From positions 11,861 to 75,860 of the forward strand of contig JAPOXA010000042.1 in the NCBI GenBank assembly GCA_026707325.1: a stretch of 64,000 nt of DNA. Reading direction: 5' to 3'. The position numbers and the translations under genes are program-made. Positions 53,656 to 62,182 of the stretch are shown here, in pieces (position 1 is the first letter of the stretch; every line of letters begins with the position of its first letter). Source of the DNA: Acidobacteriota bacterium (lineage in GTDB: Bacteria > Acidobacteriota > Thermoanaerobaculia > Multivoradales > Multivoraceae). The notes under the pieces were generated by a model. That model was not told the DNA's origin. It did not search any database and saw only the letters and a list, made by a program, of their open reading frames with translations.

Positions 53656-54573
53656 ATGAACACTCGCATGTTGCACGAGAAGGTGATCGTCGTCACCGGC
53701 GCAGGCCGCGGCATCGGCCGCGACATCGCGCTGCTCGCCGCTTCCCACGGCGCTTCCGTCGTCGTCAACGACCTCGGCGGGTCCGAGCGCGGCGACGGCG
53801 GCGACCAGACGCCGGCCCAGGCCGTCGCCTCCGAGATCCAGGCTGCCGGCGGACGCGCCGCCGCGAACTACGAGAGCGTCGCCGACCACGACGGCGCCGG
53901 GCGGATCGTCGAGCAGGCGCTGGACGAGTTCGGCCAGATCGACGGCGTCGTCAACAACGCCGGCATCCTGCGGGACGGCATCTTCCACAAGATGACCGAG
54001 AGCGACTGGGACGCCGTGATCGCCGTGCATCTCAAGGGCAGCTTCAACATGGCGCGGGCCGCAGCGCCCCACTACCGCAAGCAGATCGGAGGCGCCTTCG
54101 TCCACATGACCTCGACTTCGGGGCTGATCGGCAACTTCGGCCAGGCGAACTACGCCGCCGCCAAGCTCGGCATCGTCGGCCTGTCGAAGTCCCTGGCGCT
54201 CGACATGCAGCGCTTCGAGGTGCGCTCGAACTGCATCGCCCCCTTTGCCTGGTCCCGCCTGATCGGCACGATCCCGACCGCCGACCCGGCCCAGGCCGCG
54301 CGGGTCGCCAAGATGAAGGAGATGACTCCGGCCCTGGTCGCGCCGCTCGCCGTCTACCTGCTGAGCGATTCGGCGAAGGAGGTCAGCGGCCAGATCTTCG
54401 CGGTGCGCAAGAACGAGATCTTCCTGATGAGCCAGCCCCGGCCGGTCCGCTCGGTCCACAACGGCGACGGCTGGACCCCGGAGGCGATCGCCGAGCACGG
54501 CATGCCGGCCCTGGCCGGGTCGTTCTTCGACCTGGACCGCACGACCGACGTCTTCACCTGGGATCCGACGTAG
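53656..54573 (+). CDS. Short-chain dehydrogenase/reductase (MFE-2-like 3-hydroxyacyl-CoA dehydrogenase type)
   Basis: 'VIVVTGAGRGIGRDIAL', 'NNAGILRD' and 'ANYAAAKLG' are present. A GGGAGG Shine-Dalgarno lies upstream. Confidence 0.9.
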   Translation: MNTRMLHEKVIVVTGAGRGIGRDIALLAASHGASVVVNDLGGSERGDGGDQTPAQAVASEIQAAGGRAAANYESVADHDGAGRIVEQALDEFGQIDGVVNNAGILRDGIFHKMTESDWDAVIAVHLKGSFNMARAAAPHYRKQIGGAFVHMTSTSGLIGNFGQANYAAAKLGIVGLSKSLALDMQRFEVRSNCIAPFAWSRLIGTIPTADPAQAARVAKMKEMTPALVAPLAVYLLSDSAKEVSGQIFAVRKNEIFLMSQPRPVRSVHNGDGWTPEAIAEHGMPALAGSFFDLDRTTDVFTWDPT

Positions 54574-54599
54574 GCGACGCTTGGAGGGAGCCGGCCGCT

Positions 54600-54647
54600 C
54601 ACTGGGTGCGCCGGCGTCCCCGCCGGCTGCCGCCGCAGGCGGCCAGG
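54600..54647. repeat. Intergenic GC-rich repeat, copy A (REP-like, hairpin-forming)
   Basis: CACTGGGTGCGCCGGCGTCCCCGCCGGC-tg-CCGCCGCAGGCGGCCAGG matches 59077-59124 at 46 of 48 positions. It lies between convergent genes. Confidence 0.7.
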
Positions 54648-54706
54648 TCCACGCGCCGGCCGCAAGGCCGGCATCCTCTTCGCGGCCGGTTCCGTCCAGG
54701 CGTCGC

Positions 54707-55510
54707 CTACAACTGCCACGCCAGCAGCAACTGCACGGCGCTCTCGTCTTCCTCCGTGCCGAGCTTGTTGCTCCAGTACTGGTACTCGATGCCCGCGAAC
54801 AGCTTGCCGGCATCGCCGCCGAACGCCTTGCCCGCGTCCCAGCGGAACTGGGGCTGGGCGAGGATCGTGCCGCCGGACTCGACGCCGAACTCGTTCGTCA
54901 CGGCACCGATGTACTCGGCGTGGCCGGTGATCTGGAAGCTCTGCTCGCCGACCGAGAACAGGTACAGCCAGTTCACGTCGAAACAGTAGCTGTCGTCGGT
55001 TTTCGGCGCGCCGCCGGCGCCGACGCCGCTGCTGTCGTCGACGTACAGCATCAGGTCCGTGTTCAGGAAGATGAACCCGGACGCCTTCCAGGCCAGACGC
55101 AGCCCGGGCAGGTACTTGACCACCTTCGCGTCGCCGGCGGCGTTCAGGCCGGCGATGAAGCCGACGTCGACGAGCGGGCCGCCGCCGACCGTCTTCCCGG
55201 TCATCTTGCCGAGGCTCAGCGTCGGGTACCACTCGCCGTAGAAATCCCGCTCGTTCAAGCCGTCGCGGCCCCTGTCGTCGAGATAGTCGATGAAGAAGAA
55301 GCTGTCGCCGTACTTCCACTGCGTCGCTTGCTGCAGGGTGAGGACGAAGCTCTCTTCCTCCTGAGCCGAAAACGGGTTCAGAAGCTCGCCGAACTGGAAA
55401 TGGAACTCCGTCTGCGCGGCCGCCGGAGCGGAGGCCGCGACAAGGGCGGCCAAAGCGACGACGGCGAAACGCCGTCGCCCGACTTCACTCCGCCCGCCGC
55501 CGAGCCTCAC
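54707..55510 (-). CDS. Outer-membrane beta-barrel protein, Tsx/OmpK-like channel
   Basis: GTG 55510 forms a GTGA overlap with the thiolase stop. The signal is '[19 protein letters not shown]'. The sequence has an alternating beta pattern. 'FFFIDYLD', '[14 protein letters not shown]' and '[12 protein letters not shown]' resemble the Tsx/OmpK family. The family call is from memory. Confidence 0.6.
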   Translation of the reverse strand: MRLGGGRSEVGRRRFAVVALAALVAASAPAAAQTEFHFQFGELLNPFSAQEEESFVLTLQQATQWKYGDSFFFIDYLDDRGRDGLNERDFYGEWYPTLSLGKMTGKTVGGGPLVDVGFIAGLNAAGDAKVVKYLPGLRLAWKASGFIFLNTDLMLYVDDSSGVGAGGAPKTDDSYCFDVNWLYLFSVGEQSFQITGHAEYIGAVTNEFGVESGGTILAQPQFRWDAGKAFGGDAGKLFAGIEYQYWSNKLGTEEDESAVQLLLAWQL

Positions 55511-56688
55511 GCCACCTCGAAGAGCCCCGCGGCGCCCATGCCGCCGCCGATGCACATCGTGACGACCACGTTCTTCGCGCCGCGGCGCTTGCCCTCGATC
55601 AGGGCATGGCCGACCATGCGGGCGCCGCTCATGCCGTAGGGATGGCCGATCGAGATCGCGCCGCCGTTCACGTTCAGCTTGTCGTTCGGGATGCCCAGCC
55701 GGTCGCGGCAGTAGATGACCTGGACCGCGAATGCTTCATTGAGCTCCCAGAGGTCGATGTCGTCCACCGTCAGATCGAAGCGCTCGAGCAGCTTGGGAAC
55801 GGCGAAGACAGGGCCGATCCCCATCTCGTCCGGCTCGCAGCCGGCAACCGCCATGCCCTTGTAGATGCCAAGCGGCTCGAGGCCGCGCTGCTCCGCCACC
55901 TTCGAGTCCATGACCACGCACGCCGACGCACCGTCGGAGAGCTGGCTGGCGTTGCCGGCTGTGATCGTGCCGTTCTCCCTCACTGGCTTGAGCCCGGAGA
56001 GACCCTCGATCGTCGTGGTGGGCCGGTTGCCCTCGTCCTGGCTCAGTTCGACCTCGCCGAAGCTGATGTCGCCGGTGGCCTTGTCGAGGATCATCTTGGT
56101 CGCGTTCATCGTGATGATCTCGTCGTCGAACGCGCCAGACTCTTGCCCGGCGGCGGTCCGCTGCTGGCTCTGCAGGCCGTACTCGTCCTGCTGTTCACGC
56201 GTGACGTTGTAGCGCTTCGCCACCACCTCGGCGGTGTCGATCATCGGCATGTGAAGATCCGGCTTGTTGTCCCGGATCCACGGATCGGGCGCGCGGAAGC
56301 CGTTCATCTTGTCGTTCTGCACCAGGCTGATCGAGTCGATGCCGCCGGCGACGACGACCGGCGCCCTGTCGACCAGGACCTGCTTGGCGGCAGTCGCGAT
56401 CGACATCAGGCCGGAGGAGCACTGCCGGTCCATCGTCATTCCCGACACCTCGACGGGCAGGCCGGCGCGAATCGCGCACTGGCGGGCCACGTTGAAGCCC
56501 TGGGTGCCCTGCTGCATGGCGCAGCCCATGACGACATCGTCGACCTCGCCCTTCTCGACTCCGGCGCGTTCGATTGCGGCTTCGACCGCCGCGGCGCCCA
56601 TGGTCGGCGATTCGAGGTTGTTGAAGGCGCCCCGATAGGCCTTGCCGATCGGCGTGCGGGCGGTGGAAACGATGACGGCGTCAGTCAT
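55507..56688 (-). CDS. Acetyl-CoA C-acyltransferase (thiolase)
   Basis: '[17 protein letters not shown]', 'DRQCSSGL', '[11 protein letters not shown]' and '[14 protein letters not shown]' are present. Confidence 0.95.
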   Translation of the reverse strand: MTDAVIVSTARTPIGKAYRGAFNNLESPTMGAAAVEAAIERAGVEKGEVDDVVMGCAMQQGTQGFNVARQCAIRAGLPVEVSGMTMDRQCSSGLMSIATAAKQVLVDRAPVVVAGGIDSISLVQNDKMNGFRAPDPWIRDNKPDLHMPMIDTAEVVAKRYNVTREQQDEYGLQSQQRTAAGQESGAFDDEIITMNATKMILDKATGDISFGEVELSQDEGNRPTTTIEGLSGLKPVRENGTITAGNASQLSDGASACVVMDSKVAEQRGLEPLGIYKGMAVAGCEPDEMGIGPVFAVPKLLERFDLTVDDIDLWELNEAFAVQVIYCRDRLGIPNDKLNVNGGAISIGHPYGMSGARMVGHALIEGKRRGAKNVVVTMCIGGGMGAAGLFEVA

Positions 56689-56771
56689 GGAGAAGCTCCT
56701 GGCTTGGATGGTTGCTGTGTGGTGAGTCCTGTTGGCTGCGGGAGATTATCACCTACCGTCCGGTCGGTCGG

Positions 56772-57623
56772 TCACTCCTCCAGCCAGGCATTGAAGGACG
56801 GCTTTCGCTTCTCGCGGAAGGCGGCCACGCCCTCGCGAGAGTCCGGATGATGGTCGCCCATCGGCGTCCGGGCGGCGATGTCCTCGAGCGACTGTTCCCA
56901 GGTCTGGTCGGCGGCGTTGTAGAGGCTGCGCTTGAGTAGTCGCATCGCCACCTGCGGTCCGTTCGCCAGTTCGCGAGCCAGGTCCACGGCCCGCGGCATC
57001 AGCTGGTCGGGCTCCACGACTTCGTGGACGAGCCCGAGCTCCAGCGCCTCCGCCGCGCCAACGAGCTTGCTGCGCATCAGGAAGTCCATCGTCTTCGGCA
57101 GCCCCATCATCTGCAGCAGCAGGTAGTGGCCGCCTTCGTCCGGCAGAAGCCCGAAGCGGAGCGTGCCGCTGCCCATGCGCGCCGCGCTCGAGGCGATCCG
57201 GAAATCGCAACTGAGCGCCAGCGAGAAGCCGGTCTGGACCGCGACGCCGTTCATCGCCGCGACCGTCAGCTTGTCCATGCCACGGATCGCCGTGTTGATG
57301 GGCTGGGAGATCTTGCGCAGGCCGTTGATCGTGCCGAGCACGTTGTCGTGGCCACGGTGAATGTCGGGCACCAGCGCCTCGCCGCGCCGGCCCTTGTCCT
57401 GGCCGCTGATGTCGTCACCGGCCGAAAACGCCCTGCCGCTGCCCACAAACAGCACGACCCGGACCGAGTCCTCCATCGCGGCCTGGGTGAGCGTCTCCAG
57501 CAGGTCCCGCTTCATCGGCGCGTCCATGCCGTTGAGACGATCCGGCCGGTTGAAGGTGATGACCAGGATCCCCGGATCCTCGGTGGACACCTCGAAGCCC
57601 CTGAACTCGCCCGTCTGGATCAT
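56772..57623 (-). CDS. Enoyl-CoA hydratase/isomerase family protein
   Basis: From ATG 57623 the sequence is 'MIQTGEFRGFEVSTEDPGILVITFNRPDRLNGM...FVGSGRAFSAGDDI'. The track's 363-aa N-terminal extension was rejected. Confidence 0.9.
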   Translation of the reverse strand: MIQTGEFRGFEVSTEDPGILVITFNRPDRLNGMDAPMKRDLLETLTQAAMEDSVRVVLFVGSGRAFSAGDDISGQDKGRRGEALVPDIHRGHDNVLGTINGLRKISQPINTAIRGMDKLTVAAMNGVAVQTGFSLALSCDFRIASSAARMGSGTLRFGLLPDEGGHYLLLQMMGLPKTMDFLMRSKLVGAAEALELGLVHEVVEPDQLMPRAVDLARELANGPQVAMRLLKRSLYNAADQTWEQSLEDIAARTPMGDHHPDSREGVAAFREKRKPSFNAWLEE

Positions 57624-57675
57624 GCCTGCCGCTCCTTCCTGGGTGGTCGTTGTTCGATGACGGCCGGTGATTGTG

Positions 57676-57689
57676 GCACAGCGCTGTGC
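57676..57689. promoter_or_regulatory. 14-bp perfect palindrome, candidate operator in a divergent intergenic region
   Basis: GCACAGC|GCTGTGC lies between the start of the enoyl-CoA hydratase/thiolase operon (57623) and the small secreted protein gene (57760). Confidence 0.3.
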
Positions 57690-57759
57690 TACGTTGCGCC
57701 CACCTTCAACACGCACTTCGCGGAGCCGCTCTACCTCTGCGACGGGAGACACATCAAGG

Positions 57760-58134
57760 ATGAAACGGTTCATCATCGGCCTGTCGGCCTCCATCCTGGT
57801 TGCCTGCCTTGCGCAGGCGGCCCTGTCCGCATCCGGCACCATCGCCGCGGGCAAGGGGATCAACCCCAGGGACGCCTACACCATGGGCAAGGCGCTCACC
57901 TTCCAGAAGCTCGTCTGCCCCTCCTGCCCCCTCGAGAAGCGAGACCTCGATCGGGATCGCGCCCTGAGCCTGAAGAACAGCCTTGAAGCTCGGGACGAAG
58001 CTGCCAAGCCCGGCACCGAGGACGACGAGCACATCAACGTGCTCTGCCCCGGCGCCGGCGAAGCCGCGTGCGCGGAAGCACCGGACGAGCAGGAACTCGT
58101 TCACTTCTATCTGACCCGCCGCTACAAGCTGTAG
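57760..58134 (+). CDS. Small secreted Cys-containing protein, cytochrome-c-like pattern with CPSCP instead of CxxCH
   Basis: AAGGA lies immediately upstream of the ATG. The signal peptide is MKRFIIGLSASILVACLAQAALSA. 'GKALTFQKLVCPSCPL' has its CPSCP at 57916-57930. The C-terminus ends '..ELVHFYLTRRYKL'. Confidence 0.55.
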   Translation: MKRFIIGLSASILVACLAQAALSASGTIAAGKGINPRDAYTMGKALTFQKLVCPSCPLEKRDLDRDRALSLKNSLEARDEAAKPGTEDDEHINVLCPGAGEAACAEAPDEQELVHFYLTRRYKL

Positions 58135-58141
58135 CCCGAAC

Positions 58142-59050
58142 ATGACGATGAACAGACGTTCCCTGAGTCCGCTCCTTCTGACGGCGGTTGCCGTCCTCGT
58201 CTGCACGGCGCCGCCGCTGGTCGCCGAAGGCTCCCCCTGGCTGCCCGCGCCCGGATCGGGCACGATCACGTTCTCCTACGTCTCCCAGGAGGCGACCGAC
58301 TACGAGCGCTCCGAGCGCTGGCGAAGCATGGCCGGCGCCGACTCGACGACCATCCAGCTCGCCGGCACGCTCGGCCTCGACACCGTCTGGATCAACGGGA
58401 CGTACGGCATCTCCGACGCCCTCGCGCTCGACTTCCAGATCGGCACGTCGGACAGCCAGTACCCCGGGGGCGGCCCCAAGCACCCGGACAAGGATGACCT
58501 GAGCGGGCTCCAGGACGCGAGAGCCGGCCTGACCTGGCGGTTCCGGGACGAAGTCGTGACTTCGGGCCCCAGCATGGCGCTGCGCTTCGGCGCCATCCTG
58601 GCCGGCGACTACGACACCGGCTACATCAACTCCCTGGGCGACGGCGGCAACGGCGCCGAGGTCTCTCTGCTGATCGGCAAGTACGTCGGCGAGCGGGGCG
58701 TCCTTTCCGCCGAGGTCGGCTACCGCTACCGCAGCGACGACATTCCGGAGGACATCATCCTGAATCTCTCGGCCGGCGTCCTGGTCGGAGAACGAGTCGG
58801 CCTGAGCGTCGGCTACCGGATGACCGACGGCGGTTCGGGGCTGGACATCGGCGTTCCGCCCTTTTCACCGGCCCGCTTCCCGGAGCTTCAGGAAGACATC
58901 GACCTTCTCTACGGCACGGTGAACATCGGCCTCACGGGCAGCGCGAGCCTCGCGTTGACCTATGGCGACGTGATCGGCGGCCGCAACACCCCGAACTCCC
59001 AGGTCCTCGGCCTCAGCATCGGCTTCACCTTCGGCGGCGGCGGGTTCTGA
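58142..59050 (+). CDS. Outer-membrane beta-barrel protein (family unassigned)
   Basis: A signal peptide is present. Alternating amphipathic strands include 'GLSVGYRM', 'LSAEVGYRY' and 'ASLALTYGD'. The C-terminus 'GLSIGFTFGGGGF' ends in Phe. The gene starts 7 nt after the upstream gene. Confidence 0.7.
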   Translation: MTMNRRSLSPLLLTAVAVLVCTAPPLVAEGSPWLPAPGSGTITFSYVSQEATDYERSERWRSMAGADSTTIQLAGTLGLDTVWINGTYGISDALALDFQIGTSDSQYPGGGPKHPDKDDLSGLQDARAGLTWRFRDEVVTSGPSMALRFGAILAGDYDTGYINSLGDGGNGAEVSLLIGKYVGERGVLSAEVGYRYRSDDIPEDIILNLSAGVLVGERVGLSVGYRMTDGGSGLDIGVPPFSPARFPELQEDIDLLYGTVNIGLTGSASLALTYGDVIGGRNTPNSQVLGLSIGFTFGGGGF

Positions 59051-59076
59051 CCTGAGCTGGCCGGGTTCTGGTCGCG

Positions 59077-59124
59077 CACTGGGTGCGCCGGCGTCCCCGC
59101 CGGCATCCGCCGCAGGCGGCCAGG
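59077..59124. repeat. Intergenic GC-rich repeat, copy B (REP-like), bracketed by an 11-bp inverted repeat
   Basis: CACTGGGTGCGCCGGCGTCCCCGCCGGC-at-CCGCCGCAGGCGGCCAGG matches copy A. It is flanked by GAGCTGGCCGG (59054-59064) and CCGGCCAGCTC (59141-59151). It lies between convergent genes. Confidence 0.7.
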
Positions 59125-59149
59125 ATCGACGCGGCCATGTCCGGCCAGC

Positions 59150-59971
59150 TCAGGGCGCGTTCAGGCTCCAGTCGTACTCGTAGTCGATCGAACCCGCGAA
59201 CCCCTCGAGACGCGCGGCGAGTTCTTCGCCCGCGTACTCGATGAGGTGGGCGACAACGGACTCCTCCGTGTTGCCGAAGTCCTCGGTGTACCAGTCGTAG
59301 ATGCTCGAGATGACGATGAAGTCCTCGTCCACGAAGTCGACGCCGCGCGGGTTGTTCACGTAGTCGTGCGCACCCTGCTCGAGCAGGTCCTCCGTGTTGG
59401 CCGCGGTGAACGCCGTGGCGAGCAGATGGGGACAACCGTACGCGGCGCAGTTCACCGCGTAGTGGATCCGCTTGTCGCGCCAGAGGGGACGCAGGATGCC
59501 GTGCTCGATGTCGTCCAGGCTCAGATCCCGGCCGTTCACTTGCGCGTGCGGGTCCTGCCACGGGCCGGTGTTCGGAATGACGCCCTCGTGAATCTCCTTG
59601 ATGGAATCCACCGGGTACTCGGAAAGCACCACCTGGACCGTGAGCGCGTTGTAGAGGTTGATCCAGTACGCCATCTGCTCAGCCCGTGAGTAGACGCTCG
59701 GATCGAGCCCCTGCAGGTAGTCGAGATAGTCGCCCAGCTTCGCGGTGTCGGCGGCGCTGGCCGAGATCACCGCGTAGTCGAACAGGTTGACTCCCATGTC
59801 GTCGGTGCCGACGTAGGCGTCCAGGATCTCCTGCCAGGGACCGTGATCGAGCGTCTCGCTACTCATCTCGTCACTGACGTCCCACCCCGCGATCTCCTTC
59901 GACTCCGGAGCTCCACAGGCCAGCGCGATCGCCATCGCGGCCGCGACACCCATCAACTTGCGACTCGTCAT
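59150..59971 (-). CDS. DUF547-domain lipoprotein
   Basis: ATG 59971 forms an ATGA overlap with the upstream stop. 'AAAMAIALAC' contains a lipobox. 'YWINLYNALTVQVVLSEYPVDSIKEI...SLDDIEHGILR...RIHYAVNCAAYGCPHL' is the DUF547 core. Confidence 0.85.
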   Translation of the reverse strand: MTSRKLMGVAAAMAIALACGAPESKEIAGWDVSDEMSSETLDHGPWQEILDAYVGTDDMGVNLFDYAVISASAADTAKLGDYLDYLQGLDPSVYSRAEQMAYWINLYNALTVQVVLSEYPVDSIKEIHEGVIPNTGPWQDPHAQVNGRDLSLDDIEHGILRPLWRDKRIHYAVNCAAYGCPHLLATAFTAANTEDLLEQGAHDYVNNPRGVDFVDEDFIVISSIYDWYTEDFGNTEESVVAHLIEYAGEELAARLEGFAGSIDYEYDWSLNAP

Positions 59972-61263
59972 TCCACTTCCTTTCGCATCCCTCTGCGCCG
60001 ATACACGATGAAATCGATCGCGAGCGCCAGTCCGATCAGACCGAACTCCAGCCCCCGGCCCCAGACCGGCTGCTCGTAGGGTTGCAACGTGTAGTCGGGC
60101 AGGTTGAGCCCGGTGATGTAGCTGAACAGGACCGCAACCGATGCCGTCCACGCCCAGACGCTCGGAAAGACTACCGCGAAGGGCAACAGCCAGAGCAGGT
60201 ACCACGGGTTGATCACCGGCGACAGCACCAGCAGAACGCCGAACAGCCAGTCGCCTCGCGGAATCTCCCGGTTCCCGCCGCGGACGTAGTGAAGGACGTA
60301 GGCGACCCAGAGTACGGCGAACAGCAGCCCGACGACGACCCGCGCCGCGGACGGCGCAACCACCGTCTTGAGCAACGCGAACACCGCCGAGTTGAACTCC
60401 CAGTCGCGCGCGAAGACCCCGAGCGACAACAGATCCGTGCCTCCACCGATCGCGAACGGCAAGTACATCGCCGCCACGGTGCCGACAAACAGGGCCCAGT
60501 GCTTCGGCCGCGCGCGGACAAGAACCAGGGGCGCCAGCACCAGGGCGAAGGTCTTCGTCGCGACGGCCAGCCCAAGAAGAGCGGCCGCCGTCCAGAACCG
60601 GCGTTCCCGCGCGAGGACGATCCCGGCCAGCAGCAAACACACGCCGACCCCGTCCGGGTGGGCGGTAAAGGCGATCTCCTTGACCACCAGGGGACACCAG
60701 GCGTAGAGGAGGACGCGGCGCGCCGGGGCCAGACGGAGCAGGAGGACGACGACGGCCAGATCGACAGCGATCAGGATCGCCTGCAGCACGGCAACGCTCG
60801 CCGGCTTGATCCAGTACGCGACGAGGAAGACAAGCTGCGTGACCGGCGCGTAGATCGTCGGCAGCTCCGGGTAGTTGACGCCGTCCAGGACGCCCTGGAA
60901 CAACACCGGCACCGCCGGATCGACGAAGAACTCCTCCGGCGCGGCGCCGTACGGCGTCCCCGCAGTGGCGAACCGGAATCCGTCCCAGAGGTAGCGGTAG
61001 AAGTCGTCCTCGTAGAACGGACCGCCGACGAGCCCCACGAGGCGAAAGGCGACCGCCCAGAACAGCAGCCGCGGGACGGGAAAGGGCTCCGCCGTCCCGC
61101 GGAAGTGAAAGAAAAGGCCGAAGACCGGCAGACCCGTCCAGGCAACGAGGACAAGGAACGCCCGCAGATCGGGCTCGCCGGTTTGCCGCGCCAGGAACGC
61201 CAGTGCGGCGTATCCCAGGACGCACCAGAGGCCAACGGCATCTACAGTTCTTCTAGAGGCCAA
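59968..61263 (-). CDS. Polytopic membrane protein, GT-C-type glycosyltransferase-like (DUF2029-like)
   Basis: It has at least 9 hydrophobic helices. An acidic first-loop motif 'FYEDDFYRYLWDG' is present. Its size and topology fit GT-C enzymes. The family call is inference. The start overlaps the upstream stop by 11 nt, so a slightly later start is possible. Confidence 0.65.
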   Translation of the reverse strand: MASRRTVDAVGLWCVLGYAALAFLARQTGEPDLRAFLVLVAWTGLPVFGLFFHFRGTAEPFPVPRLLFWAVAFRLVGLVGGPFYEDDFYRYLWDGFRFATAGTPYGAAPEEFFVDPAVPVLFQGVLDGVNYPELPTIYAPVTQLVFLVAYWIKPASVAVLQAILIAVDLAVVVLLLRLAPARRVLLYAWCPLVVKEIAFTAHPDGVGVCLLLAGIVLARERRFWTAAALLGLAVATKTFALVLAPLVLVRARPKHWALFVGTVAAMYLPFAIGGGTDLLSLGVFARDWEFNSAVFALLKTVVAPSAARVVVGLLFAVLWVAYVLHYVRGGNREIPRGDWLFGVLLVLSPVINPWYLLWLLPFAVVFPSVWAWTASVAVLFSYITGLNLPDYTLQPYEQPVWGRGLEFGLIGLALAIDFIVYRRRGMRKEVE

Positions 61264-62182
61264 CCCACTCCGTCCAGCCGGATCCGCGATGGCCGAAGTC
61301 GAAGACCTCCGGGTGCAGCAACTCGGCCAGGATCTCCGCCGACTCGACGACCCGCGGCCCCGGCCGGTTGAAGTACTGGTTGCCGTCGGTCAGGAAGACG
61401 CGGCCGCTCCGCACCGCGGAGAGATCGGACCAGCCGGGCCGAGCCGCCAGGGGCGGCATCTCGACCGCGGTACGCGGGATGTCGAAGCCGCAGGGCATGA
61501 CCGCAATCACGTCGGGATCGGCCTCGATCACCCGCTCGAACTCGAAGTAGCCCGAGTGCTTTCCGGCCTCGCCGAGAATCACCTTGCCCCCGGCGATCTC
61601 CACGAGCTCCGGCACCCAGTTCTCGGCGTTCATCAACGGGTCGATCCACTCGATGCAGGCGATCGTGGGCCGTTCGCCAAGCCCACTCGAGCGCTCGCGG
61701 ATCGCGTCGAGGCGGGCCGTCAGCCCGGCGTTCAGCCGCTCCGCCCGCTCCCGGCGACCGAGCGTCCCGGCAACCGTGCGGATGTCGTCGAACACGTCAC
61801 CGAGAGCCATCGGCTCGAGCGACACGATACGCGGCTCGGACGCCACGAGCTCGCACACCGCCTGCTCCACGTCCTTCAGGCTGACCGCGCACACCTCGCA
61901 CTGGGTCTGGGTCACGATCACGGTCGGCGCGAGTTCGTCCAGAAGCTTCGCGTCGACGCGGTAGACAGAGAGGGCGTCCGCCACGATCGCGCGCACCTGA
62001 TCGTCGATCGCGCGGCTCGATCCGTCGACGTTGACCTTCGACGAAGAGCACACCGGCAGCTTCTCCACCGACAGCGGAAAGTCGCACTCGTGCGACCGGC
62101 CAACCATGCAGTCCTCGAAGCCGAGCGCGCACACGATCTCGGTAGCGCTGGCGATCAGCGAGACGATCCGGGGCTGGCTCAT
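61253..62182 (-). CDS. BtuF/TroA-fold (Peripla_BP_2-like) binding protein lacking a signal peptide
   Basis: From ATG 62182 (ATGA overlap) the sequence is 'MSQPRIVSLIASATEIVCALGFEDCMVGRSHECDFP...VIVTQTQCEVCAVS...PDVIAVMPCG'. There is no hydrophobic N-terminus. The 526-aa track ORF's N-terminal extension was rejected. Confidence 0.8.
   Translation of the reverse strand: MSQPRIVSLIASATEIVCALGFEDCMVGRSHECDFPLSVEKLPVCSSSKVNVDGSSRAIDDQVRAIVADALSVYRVDAKLLDELAPTVIVTQTQCEVCAVSLKDVEQAVCELVASEPRIVSLEPMALGDVFDDIRTVAGTLGRRERAERLNAGLTARLDAIRERSSGLGERPTIACIEWIDPLMNAENWVPELVEIAGGKVILGEAGKHSGYFEFERVIEADPDVIAVMPCGFDIPRTAVEMPPLAARPGWSDLSAVRSGRVFLTDGNQYFNRPGPRVVESAEILAELLHPEVFDFGHRGSGWTEWVGL

Noticed and set aside
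57674-57691. A sigma54 promoter (TGGCAC-N5-TTGC) overlapping the 14-bp palindrome.
   Set aside because: The GG-to-GC spacing is 11 nt rather than the invariant 10. The -12 element reads GTGC/TGTGC rather than TTGC.
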